From Planctomycetota bacterium (GTDB lineage Bacteria; Planctomycetota; Phycisphaerae; WQYP01), in the NCBI GenBank assembly GCA_021847065.1, contig JAJZVR010000001.1, forward strand, positions 1 through 41,402: a DNA stretch of 41,402 nucleotides, given 5' to 3'. Positions 1 through 8,051 of this stretch are shown here, piece after piece (the first letter of the stretch is position 1; every line of letters starts with the position of its first letter). Below the pieces are notes generated by a model, which saw nothing but the letters and a program-made list of their open reading frames with translations, had not been told where the DNA came from and made no database searches. Made by a program: the position numbers and the translations under genes.

Positions 1-199
1 CCGCGTTAATGGCGTTCATTTCCTGCCGGATAATGGAATTGATTTTCTGCATGGATCGCCAACCCAGCGGAAGCCAGTCGTAAACGCCCGCACTGATGCG
101 GCGAATCAGCCCTGCGCGGATCATGAGTTTATGGGAGAGAATATCCGCGTCCGTTGGCGCTTCGCGGCTGGTAGGAATTAAGGTGCGGGACCAATACAT
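1..199 (-). CDS. proS: prolyl-tRNA synthetase, N-terminal fragment (gene runs off the left edge)
   Basis: Hand translation of the minus strand from ATG 199-197 gives MYWSRTLIPTSREAPTDADILSHKLMIRAGLIRRISAGVYDWLPLGWRSMQKINSIIRQEMNAINA, open to position 1. This resembles the conserved ProRS N-terminus (E. coli ...[35 protein letters not shown]...). It is absent from the ORF track because there is no stop codon in the window. Confidence 0.8.
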   Translation of the reverse strand, partial: MYWSRTLIPTSREAPTDADILSHKLMIRAGLIRRISAGVYDWLPLGWRSMQKINSIIRQEMNAINA

Positions 200-334
200 C
201 AGGGAACACTCCAAAAACGTCCAAAGAGCCGGAAATGGCCTGCAGGTACCGCCCGCCGCCATTTATGGCCGCATCAGTTTGTATAAGCACCGGGGGATAT
301 TTGCAAGCGATCCGGCGGCGAGCCAATGGCTGAA

Positions 335-1429
335 CTACATGGTTTCCACCGCGCGCGGAAAGCTCCCCAGAATGGCCAGATGCAGGCAATGAGAGCGTAC
401 TTCTTCCAATGCCTTTTTCAATGCCGGGTCTTCACTGTGCCCGACCAGATCAGTAAAGAAGTAATATTCAAAATTACGCTTCTGGCTGGGGCGCGTATCA
501 ATATTGGTGAGATTAATGCCATGCTTGCGGAACACATCGAGTACATCCACCAATGCCCCGGATTTATGAGCTGTGGTGAAAATAATAGACGTTTTGTCAT
601 CGCCGCTGCGGCGCGGCGGTTGCCGGCCAATAACCAGAAATCGCGTGACATTATTGGGATTGTCTTCAATATTGGCGAAAAGTGTTTTTAGCAAATAAAG
701 CTCGGCAGCCAGGGACGATCCGATGGCGGCGGCATGGGGTTCCGCGGCTGCGAGTTCCGCCGCCTTGCTGCTCGATGCCACTGGTAACCGCTGCACATCC
801 GGCATGGTGGCATTGAGCCAGCGCCGACACTGATTCAGCACTTCCGGTTTGCTGTAAACTTTTTTCACTTCTCCCGGCTCACACAATGCCAGCAGATGAT
901 GATGCACGATGATCTGCATTTCCGCCACAATGGTAACGTGCGGATATTCAATAAACGCGTCCATCGTTTCCACAATGCCACCAATGGTCGAATTCTCAAT
1001 GGGGGCCAGGCCCATATCCGCATGGCCGCGCGCCACTTCATCAAATACACTGGCGATATCAGCCACCGGCTCGTGATCCACGGATGAACCAAATTTTTTA
1101 ACGGATGCCAGATGGGAGAAACTTCCCTTAGGCCCCAGATAAGCGATGCGCAGGGGCTTTTCCAAAGCGAAACTGCCGGACATCAATTCGCGGTAAATGG
1201 CCTCCAGGCACGCATCGGGTAATGGTCCGCCGACACTTTTATTGGCATTGCGAATGCGCTCAAGAACGATCTTTTCCCGGTCCGGCGCGTAGATTGGCGC
1301 ATTGGATTGCTGTTTAATTTTACCTATTTCCACGACTATGCGTGCCCGCGCGTTAAGTAATTCGACAATATTGTGATCAAGTTGATCAATGCGTTGCCTT
1401 AGCGATTCCAATGGATCTGATTGTGTCAT
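335..1429 (-). CDS. pheA: bifunctional chorismate mutase / prephenate dehydratase (P-protein)
   Basis: N-terminal chorismate-mutase helix (LRQRIDQLDHNIVELLNARARIVVEIGKIK). Prephenate dehydratase core (RIAYLGPKGSFSH, PIENSTIGGIVETMD). C-terminal ACT domain (KTSIIFTTAHKSGALVDVLDVFRKHGINLTNIDTRPS). Start moved from ORF-track 1489 to the MTQSD ATG at 1429. Confidence 0.9.
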   Translation of the reverse strand: MTQSDPLESLRQRIDQLDHNIVELLNARARIVVEIGKIKQQSNAPIYAPDREKIVLERIRNANKSVGGPLPDACLEAIYRELMSGSFALEKPLRIAYLGPKGSFSHLASVKKFGSSVDHEPVADIASVFDEVARGHADMGLAPIENSTIGGIVETMDAFIEYPHVTIVAEMQIIVHHHLLALCEPGEVKKVYSKPEVLNQCRRWLNATMPDVQRLPVASSSKAAELAAAEPHAAAIGSSLAAELYLLKTLFANIEDNPNNVTRFLVIGRQPPRRSGDDKTSIIFTTAHKSGALVDVLDVFRKHGINLTNIDTRPSQKRNFEYYFFTDLVGHSEDPALKKALEEVRSHCLHLAILGSFPRAVETM

Positions 1430-1632
1430 AATTCCCGTGCCTCTGCTTTTCGAGTCATTTCGGCTGCGGTCCGCCGTGGCGAACCGCATTGTCTTATGGG
1501 AATCCTAATCGCCGGTATCCCGATGAGCAACGCCACGGGGCGTAAAACCGCAACCATGGCCTCTTAAACATCCGCTGGCCAGGAAAATATCCGGGCAACG
1601 CAATAGCCATTTGTACAGCCCTCGTGCTACAA

Positions 1633-2742
1633 CTATGCGTTGTCAAATAAATTATGCGCCGGGCAGAAGCCGCGCTGGGAAAAATAAGCCATGGCTTCAT
1701 CCACGGTTGTAAAGAGTCTGGTCGCGGTCTGCGTGACAAACGGGCTGGGAGCGGTTTTTGGCCGCCATATTACATATACTTCCCGCGCATGATCATAGGC
1801 GTGCTGGAGTTCTCGTTCCACTCCGCTGGATAAGCCGGGACGGCCATCGGAGAGTTCTGGAATATAAGATACGATCATGTCACTTTGCCGCACCATCATG
1901 AAATCACGGGCGTAAATCTGACCATTGATGTCGCCACCGATGGATAATATTTCCGGCACACGCAACTGCACAGATCCGCCGGACGCTTCGACGTTTAATG
2001 TCTGGCGTCCCTCCTCAACGGCGGATACCGCGGCGTCATACAGCATTTTTTCGTCCACATCGCCGGGGTCGAAGGTGATAAATTTATCAGCCATCGATCT
2101 GCGAAAGGCGTTGATGTCATGGAGTATATCCGGCATATTCATGACATGGCTCATGGGAAAACTGGGATACACTTTCCGCATACCGGGCCGCATGAGCAGC
2201 CGAAACAACGTCAATGCGGTGCTGGCGTGCCTACCGCGCGCCAGAACATAAAAGGCCCCCGGATGCTGCGCGTTGGCCCGGGCCATGAGTTCTGTGGCCA
2301 GAATTTCTTCTTCCCGCCAGACCATTAAATCCTTGAGACTGTGATCCACATTGTGATCCCGCAGCAATCTTTGGTGCACCGATTCCACATTGTCCAGCAA
2401 CGTGACATAAATATCCGCCTGAAGCTGCGCCAGTTGATCGAAATCAAACGCTGCGAAAAGACCATGTTTCCAGCGAAATGTCGCATGGGAATTAATCACC
2501 ACATGGGGATGATTGGGCAGATCGGCCAGAATATCCCGAAACACCGCGCGGCGCAGGCTCGTTAAGCGCGAAAGCGGCAAATCCAGAATACGCCCGGGTT
2601 TTACATCTGGTGCTTCGCGGTACATCATGTCCCCGACATGAAATACCTTCAGCGGCTCGCCATGTGAACGGGCGATTGATTCCACCTGATTCAGATAGGC
2701 CTGCCGATCCAGTCCCACTTGTCCGGTTAATAACATTCTCAT
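1633..2742 (-). CDS. hypothetical protein (degenerate P-loop-kinase-like N-terminus, nucleoside 2-deoxyribosyltransferase-like C-terminus)
   Basis: Long ORF. ATG 2742 is preceded by GAAGGAGA. The N-terminus LLTGQVGLD sits where a Walker A would be but lacks GK[ST]. The C-terminal DMIVSYIPE...SSGVERELQHAYDHAREVYVIW resembles NDT-like Rossmann proteins. Function is not assignable from sequence alone. Confidence 0.6.
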   Translation of the reverse strand: MRMLLTGQVGLDRQAYLNQVESIARSHGEPLKVFHVGDMMYREAPDVKPGRILDLPLSRLTSLRRAVFRDILADLPNHPHVVINSHATFRWKHGLFAAFDFDQLAQLQADIYVTLLDNVESVHQRLLRDHNVDHSLKDLMVWREEEILATELMARANAQHPGAFYVLARGRHASTALTLFRLLMRPGMRKVYPSFPMSHVMNMPDILHDINAFRRSMADKFITFDPGDVDEKMLYDAAVSAVEEGRQTLNVEASGGSVQLRVPEILSIGGDINGQIYARDFMMVRQSDMIVSYIPELSDGRPGLSSGVERELQHAYDHAREVYVIWRPKTAPSPFVTQTATRLFTTVDEAMAYFSQRGFCPAHNLFDNA

Positions 2743-2830
2743 TGTAAAGCGTTCTCCTTCAAGCGGGGCATTATAGCCGAAGGGTGCTTCGAGCTTGGGC
2801 TTCCGCAATTTTGGCTGCACAGAGTCGGTA

Positions 2831-4135
2831 TTATCTGAATTTTCGGAGAATCAGCGTATCATTCTGACCGCCGAACCCGAAACTGTTGGACATGGCCACA
2901 TCCACCTTAATTTTCCGGGCGTGATTGGGGACATAATCCAAATCACACTCCGGATCAGGCACGCTGTAATTGGCGGTGGGGGGAATAATCTGATCCCGGA
3001 TACACAGCACGCAGGTAATGGCCTCTACGGCCCCGGCGGCGGCGATAAGATGTCCCATCATGCTCTTGATACTGCTGATGGGGACCTGCTTGGCATGTTC
3101 TTTAAATACGCCTTTGATGGCAAATGTTTCAGTGGAGTCATTCTCTTTGGTGCCGGTGCCATGGGCGTTGATGTAATCAATATCCGTGGTTTGCATTTCC
3201 GCGTCGCGCAGAGCCGATTCAATGGCCACAATGGCCCCTCGACCTTCGGGATGCTGGTCAGTCACGCGATAGGCATCGGCACTGCTGCCATAACCGACCA
3301 CCTCCGCCAGAATTTTCGCGCCCCGGGCTTGCGCATGGGAGAGGCTCTCTAAAATTAACACGCCGGCACCTTCCCCGATGACAAAACCGCTGCGCGTGGC
3401 GTCAAAAGGACGGCATGAACGTTTGGGATTTTCATTAAATGTGGACAGGGCTGTCAATCGGTTAAAGCCGGTTACGCCGAAGGGATGGATCATGGAATGG
3501 GCACCACCGGAGATAATAACTTCCGCATCACCTCGGCGGATCAGCTCCGCCGCTTCACCAAGAGCCTGTGTGGAAGCGGCGCACGCGGTGAGGCAATTGA
3601 TGGCTGGACCGCGCGCGTCAAATTCCATGCTTAAATGCGAGATGGGCATGGCGGGTTCCTGCTCGATTTCCCGCAGGGCATTAAACGAATGCAATGCCCG
3701 CTGACCCCATTGGGCCATATTCATGCCGCGTGCTTCCTGGTTCCATGACCCCAATGCGGCCTGCGTGAAATTATCAAAATCCAGCGCCGCATCACCGGTG
3801 CCCATATACACCGCAACGGAATACGGATCCACTGTCGAAGACTCTTTTGATCCGGGCATTGGCAGGCCCGCCATGCGCCAGGCCTGATGCGCGGCATCCA
3901 GGGCAAACCCGGTGGCCCGGCTGATTTCCTCATGCTTGCCGGAAGATCTGAGATTTTCCGGAAGCTGGTAATTTTTTACCTCTGCCGCGAACTGCGTGGG
4001 GAAAAACCGCGCATCGAACAATGTCGTTGGCGCAATACCGCTTTCACCTGCCAGCAGTTTCGCCCAAACTTCATCAATCGTTCGGCCAAGGGGCGTAACC
4101 CATCCGATTCCCGTTATCACCACACGATTTCTCAT
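2831..4135 (-). CDS. fabF: beta-ketoacyl-ACP synthase (KAS I/II family), catalytically complete
   Basis: VVITGIGWVTPLG N-terminus, active-site TACAAS (Cys186), both catalytic His motifs (YINAHGTGT and SMMGHLIAAAG), and C-terminal NSFGFGGQN. Confidence 0.9.
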   Translation of the reverse strand: MRNRVVITGIGWVTPLGRTIDEVWAKLLAGESGIAPTTLFDARFFPTQFAAEVKNYQLPENLRSSGKHEEISRATGFALDAAHQAWRMAGLPMPGSKESSTVDPYSVAVYMGTGDAALDFDNFTQAALGSWNQEARGMNMAQWGQRALHSFNALREIEQEPAMPISHLSMEFDARGPAINCLTACAASTQALGEAAELIRRGDAEVIISGGAHSMIHPFGVTGFNRLTALSTFNENPKRSCRPFDATRSGFVIGEGAGVLILESLSHAQARGAKILAEVVGYGSSADAYRVTDQHPEGRGAIVAIESALRDAEMQTTDIDYINAHGTGTKENDSTETFAIKGVFKEHAKQVPISSIKSMMGHLIAAAGAVEAITCVLCIRDQIIPPTANYSVPDPECDLDYVPNHARKIKVDVAMSNSFGFGGQNDTLILRKFR

Positions 4136-4189
4136 TATTGCTCCAGTAGAATCAGGTTTACACCTGATAAATTGATTCTGTTTTGTGAT

Positions 4190-5533
4190 TTAAGCATAGC
4201 GTCGTAAAACCACGGCGGAATTTTGCCCCGCGATGGAACCCGTGCTTACCAGCACATGCTGCAATGCCGCCGTATGAGTCTGTTGGGGCACATGAAGTCC
4301 GCCAATGGGATTGGTGCAATTCACGGCGCCGGGCACTGTCTGATGATGCAGGGCCATCGCCGCCGCCGCCAGATCCAGTGCCTGTGCCCCGGCCCCGGCA
4401 TCACCGAGACCGCCCCGGATCGCCACGACCTGTGGACGCAAAGAACCAAATACATGATTGATCGCCGATGCCTCGGCCCGATCATGGCTGGCGATGGCGT
4501 AGCCGCTGGGGATAACCATCTGAACCTCGGCCGGATTTGTGCCCGCGTCCTTCATGGATTTCTGTATGGCCACCGCCATCGCTTCTCCCGCCGGATCAGG
4601 TCCGGCAATTCCCCGGGCGCTGGAGGAGGCACCAAGGCCGGCAACTTCGGCATAAATTTTTCCACCGCGCGCCAATGCATGCTGAAGTTCCTCAATAATC
4701 AATACACTGCCACCCTCGGCAATGACCGTTCCGCTGGCGGCCTGATCCATGGGCCGACATGCCATTTCCGGATGCTGATTTCCCTGGGTTGTCAGTCGAT
4801 TTAATAATGTCCAGCGCATCAGCCCCATGGGGTGTACCATGGATTCGCACCCGCCGACCAGGGCAATATCCGCATGACCGCGTTGAATGGTCCGACAGGC
4901 CTCGGCCAAAGCCAATCCGGCCGAAGCCTGTTGGCACGTAATGGTATTGGAAGGCCCCTGCGTGTCATGAATAATGCTGACATGGCATGCCAGCATGTTA
5001 GGCAGATATTTCAGCAGCCACAACGGCGTCAGCAGATCCATGCCGCTGGGTTTGGTCGGATCATCTGATTTTCCCCATTTTTGCAAACTCAGTCTGCCAT
5101 CATCCCCCTTGGCCGGTGCCATGGCCGCCGCCAACTCGTTGAGATCGGCACAAATTAAACCCGCACCGATATTGCAGCCGATTCGCCGTGAGTCCACTTC
5201 AAACCAGCTCTCGTCGGGCTTTTTTCCGCCAAATGTTTCCATAACTCCGCGCGTGACCAAATGCGCGTCACGGACGGCACCATCGGCCGCCAATACGGCC
5301 AGTTCAATATCACGGGCCATAATTTTCGTGGCCTTGCGATAACTTTTCGGTACATAGTCCATGGTTTTAAAAGCGGGTACCTGCCCGGCAATCCGGCTGG
5401 GAAATGCGACCGGATCAAACGCCGACAGCGGAGCAATGGCCGATCGCATTTCAGTCAGGCCCTTCCACAAATCCCCGCTGGTTAAACCATGCGGGCAAAC
5501 CGCTCCAATTCCAGTAATGACAACGCGCCGCAT
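4190..5533 (-). CDS. ketosynthase-fold protein lacking the Cys-His-His triad (chain-length-factor / KS-beta-like)
   Basis: Thiolase-fold ends (RRVVITGIGAVCPHG ... GSIAGQNSAVVL). A gap-free alignment of GPSNTITCQQASAGLALAEACRTIQRG to the neighbour's GPAINCLTACAASTQALGEAAELIRRG puts Gln202 (CAG 4928-4930) opposite Cys186. Both His motifs are replaced (SGYAIASHD and RGGLGDAGAG). Confidence 0.85.
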   Translation of the reverse strand: MRRVVITGIGAVCPHGLTSGDLWKGLTEMRSAIAPLSAFDPVAFPSRIAGQVPAFKTMDYVPKSYRKATKIMARDIELAVLAADGAVRDAHLVTRGVMETFGGKKPDESWFEVDSRRIGCNIGAGLICADLNELAAAMAPAKGDDGRLSLQKWGKSDDPTKPSGMDLLTPLWLLKYLPNMLACHVSIIHDTQGPSNTITCQQASAGLALAEACRTIQRGHADIALVGGCESMVHPMGLMRWTLLNRLTTQGNQHPEMACRPMDQAASGTVIAEGGSVLIIEELQHALARGGKIYAEVAGLGASSSARGIAGPDPAGEAMAVAIQKSMKDAGTNPAEVQMVIPSGYAIASHDRAEASAINHVFGSLRPQVVAIRGGLGDAGAGAQALDLAAAAMALHHQTVPGAVNCTNPIGGLHVPQQTHTAALQHVLVSTGSIAGQNSAVVLRRYA

Positions 5534-5794
5534 GAAGTCTCCGCATCAAGTTAAAATCTGCCGCATCAGATATCCTGTTGGCTTCTGAACCGTCAGAATA
5601 GGAATTCTATGGCGTAATGGCCGCAATTCCAACCCCTCCGAGCCTGTCCGTGTAATGGCCGCGATTGCACCCCGGCGATTCCGTGGAGTGTCTCCGGGGG
5701 GCCGTAAAGCCTCCGCTGGCAGGCTTCACCGCTGTACGTTATGCTTTTGCCGATGATTCAATGTCCTGAACATAACAATGCTATAGACAACGGC

Positions 5795-6757
5795 ATGGGC
5801 CGCAAAAGGGGCCAATTTCGCGCAACCGTTCTTGCCAATACGAATATATGCCGCGAACATTTTCTTTTGAAATTACGCGTGCCCGATTTTCCAGCCAGTG
5901 AACCGGGGCAATTTGTTCAGGTGTTGTGCCCGCCCTTGGACGGTTCTGCAGAAAAGCCGGCAGGGGAGAGCGAATCACAATATCATGAAGTAGTTTGGGA
6001 ACTTGGAACTCTACCGCCGCAGCTTCATGATCCAGATTTTCTTGGATCAGAACCGTATCTCCGTCGGCCATTTTCCATAGCGGGGCGGCGGGATGATCCA
6101 GCAAATACCTGCAGCGACATAGATTTAATTTATCGGGTTATCGGCAAGGCCACCGGGCGCATGGCGACGTTGGCTATGGGCGATTCGATCTCCATCCTTG
6201 GGCCGTTGGGCAATGCCTTTCCGATGCCGAAAGCGATGCGTTCGGCGCTGCTGGCGGGTGGGGGGGTAGGGATACCACCGATGATTTACCTGGCGGAAAA
6301 ATTCCAACGTGCGGGGATTAGGGCGATCGCTTTTATTGGTGCGCAAAAAGCGGATCTTATTCCATTGCATATTACCGGAGCCGTTGGAACGCAGCCCACG
6401 TCCAACGTGCGGGAATTCGCGGCGTTTAATACCCAAACAGTTGTAGCAACTGACGATGGATCACTGGGCAACAAGGGTTTTGTGACGCAGAGTCTGGAAA
6501 GATTCTGCGAAACATCTCCGGATGCCGGAGCTGTGGTATTCTGCTGTGGACCAACGCCGATGATGCGGGCCACCGCGCTGGTTGCCGCCAAGCTCAAACT
6601 GCCATGTTACGCATCTTTGGAGCAGCCGATGGCCTGCGGTATGGGTACATGTCAAAGCTGCGTCATTAAATACCGGCCCGATGGTGTCGAAGATTGGGTA
6701 TATAAACTTACATGCAAAGACGGCCCGGTATTTAACACAACGGATATAATGTGGTGA
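5795..6757 (+). CDS. PyrK-like FAD/NAD(P)-binding electron-transfer subunit with C-terminal 2Fe-2S site
   Basis: Ferredoxin-reductase-type motifs (RRPFSIAG, GGGVGIPPM) and a C-terminal cysteine cluster CGMGTCQSCV...CKDGPVF, as in dihydroorotate dehydrogenase B electron-transfer subunits. Start is uncertain (ORF-track 5741 or ATG 5795). Confidence 0.75.
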   Translation: MGRKRGQFRATVLANTNICREHFLLKLRVPDFPASEPGQFVQVLCPPLDGSAEKPAGESESQYHEVVWELGTLPPQLHDPDFLGSEPYLRRPFSIAGRRDDPANTCSDIDLIYRVIGKATGRMATLAMGDSISILGPLGNAFPMPKAMRSALLAGGGVGIPPMIYLAEKFQRAGIRAIAFIGAQKADLIPLHITGAVGTQPTSNVREFAAFNTQTVVATDDGSLGNKGFVTQSLERFCETSPDAGAVVFCCGPTPMMRATALVAAKLKLPCYASLEQPMACGMGTCQSCVIKYRPDGVEDWVYKLTCKDGPVFNTTDIMW

Positions 6758-6845
6758 CGTTCGGGCATTGGTGGTGGAAGAGTCCGGCCAGCAAACCCGG
6801 GGTATTTTCGCCGCGCACGGCCCGCAAAACATGGAGTATGGGTGA

Positions 6846-7988
6846 TTGAATAACATTGTACATCTGGTTGATCCCACCAGTGGAATGGACGTATTGGATA
6901 CGATTGCCCTGGCGGTAAACTGCGTGCCGGGCAAGCACCATGTTTTGATTTTTGGGCATAATGGCTGGCTCGGTGCGGCCATTGAGGCGGGAATTCCGAA
7001 AAAATCCATTACCTGGAGCCGAACCTTGGCGCGGTGGGATCCCACCATGGGCCGCGCGTTAACACAATGGGTAAAAAAAAATAATCCCACGCATATTCAT
7101 GCGTGGGGATATTGGAGTATCGCCGCCGCCAGCCGCCTGCGTGGCTTTTCCGGCGCACGGATCGCGTTTATTCAATCGCCTCCGACAGCAACGCAATTCC
7201 GACAATTGCAACGGAATATGACACGAGTGGTCTGGTTGCTTATTACGCCCTGGCGATGCGTTCAGACGGCACTGCTCGCCGGCGGGATGCCTCATAATAA
7301 CGTTGTGCGCATCAGTCCGGCGGGTTGGCTGGCACCGGTGGCGAAGGCGTTGCCGCAAAACTTACGGCGATCTCTGGGAATGCAGGCTCGGGAGGGGCCA
7401 GTGGTGTTTCTCGGTGGTTGGTCGGAGGAATCGATCCGGCATGATATGGGAATTTGGGCGGTGGGCATTGTGGCGGAATCCAATGCAGATCTTTGGGCGT
7501 TGATCCGAAATGATGACGTGCCGCGGAAAGAGGCGGTTAATCCGTATGCCGGTTACCAGTCCTTTGCGCGAACGCTCAAAGACCCGCAACTCGTGACGAT
7601 TGCTCCGGCTCGGTATACCTGGGGCCAATTGGCGGGCGTTGCGGATTTTTTCCTCTTTGCACCGAAGCGGGAGGCAGGGGTAAGCAGTCTGTTAGCGGCC
7701 ATGGCACTGGGAAAGCCGATTATCAGCGCCAAGACGGATCAGGTTTGTGAATTATTGGAAAATGGAACCAGCGCTCTTTTAGCTCCGCCAGACGATCCGC
7801 GCGAATTGGCCGCAAGACTCAATGCGCTAATTGAAAACAAAACATTGGCCGTCAAAATCGGCTTGGGTGCCAAGGCCGCATACGATGACCTGGCCCGCCC
7901 GGAATTATTCAGTAGTCAGTTGGATTCCATTCATGGGCAACTCACGGGCGATCCGGGTCTGAAAGAACCCATCCAAATGCCGTCTTAA
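6846..7988 (+). CDS. glycosyltransferase (GT-B fold, GT4-like)
   Basis: C-terminal GT1/GT4-type signature FLFAPKREAGVSSLLAAMALGKPIISAKTDQVCELLENGTSALLAPPDD. Start is uncertain (TTG 6846 or ATG 6885). Contains an A9 tract at 7073-7081. Confidence 0.75.
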   Translation: MNNIVHLVDPTSGMDVLDTIALAVNCVPGKHHVLIFGHNGWLGAAIEAGIPKKSITWSRTLARWDPTMGRALTQWVKKNNPTHIHAWGYWSIAAASRLRGFSGARIAFIQSPPTATQFRQLQRNMTRVVWLLITPWRCVQTALLAGGMPHNNVVRISPAGWLAPVAKALPQNLRRSLGMQAREGPVVFLGGWSEESIRHDMGIWAVGIVAESNADLWALIRNDDVPRKEAVNPYAGYQSFARTLKDPQLVTIAPARYTWGQLAGVADFFLFAPKREAGVSSLLAAMALGKPIISAKTDQVCELLENGTSALLAPPDDPRELAARLNALIENKTLAVKIGLGAKAAYDDLARPELFSSQLDSIHGQLTGDPGLKEPIQMPS

Positions 7989-8051
7989 CAATCGGATTTG
8001 GCAAAACCGGCCCGTCAATGGTAGTCTCATATTGCTGAATTTCAGTATGAT

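Noticed and set aside
6461-7090. 209-aa minus-strand ORF spanning the PyrK-like / glycosyltransferase junction, and the 145-aa antisense ORF 9767..10204 in ppk1.
   Set aside because: Both are antisense to genes with clear family motifs, have no motif or SD of their own, and have compositionally odd products.
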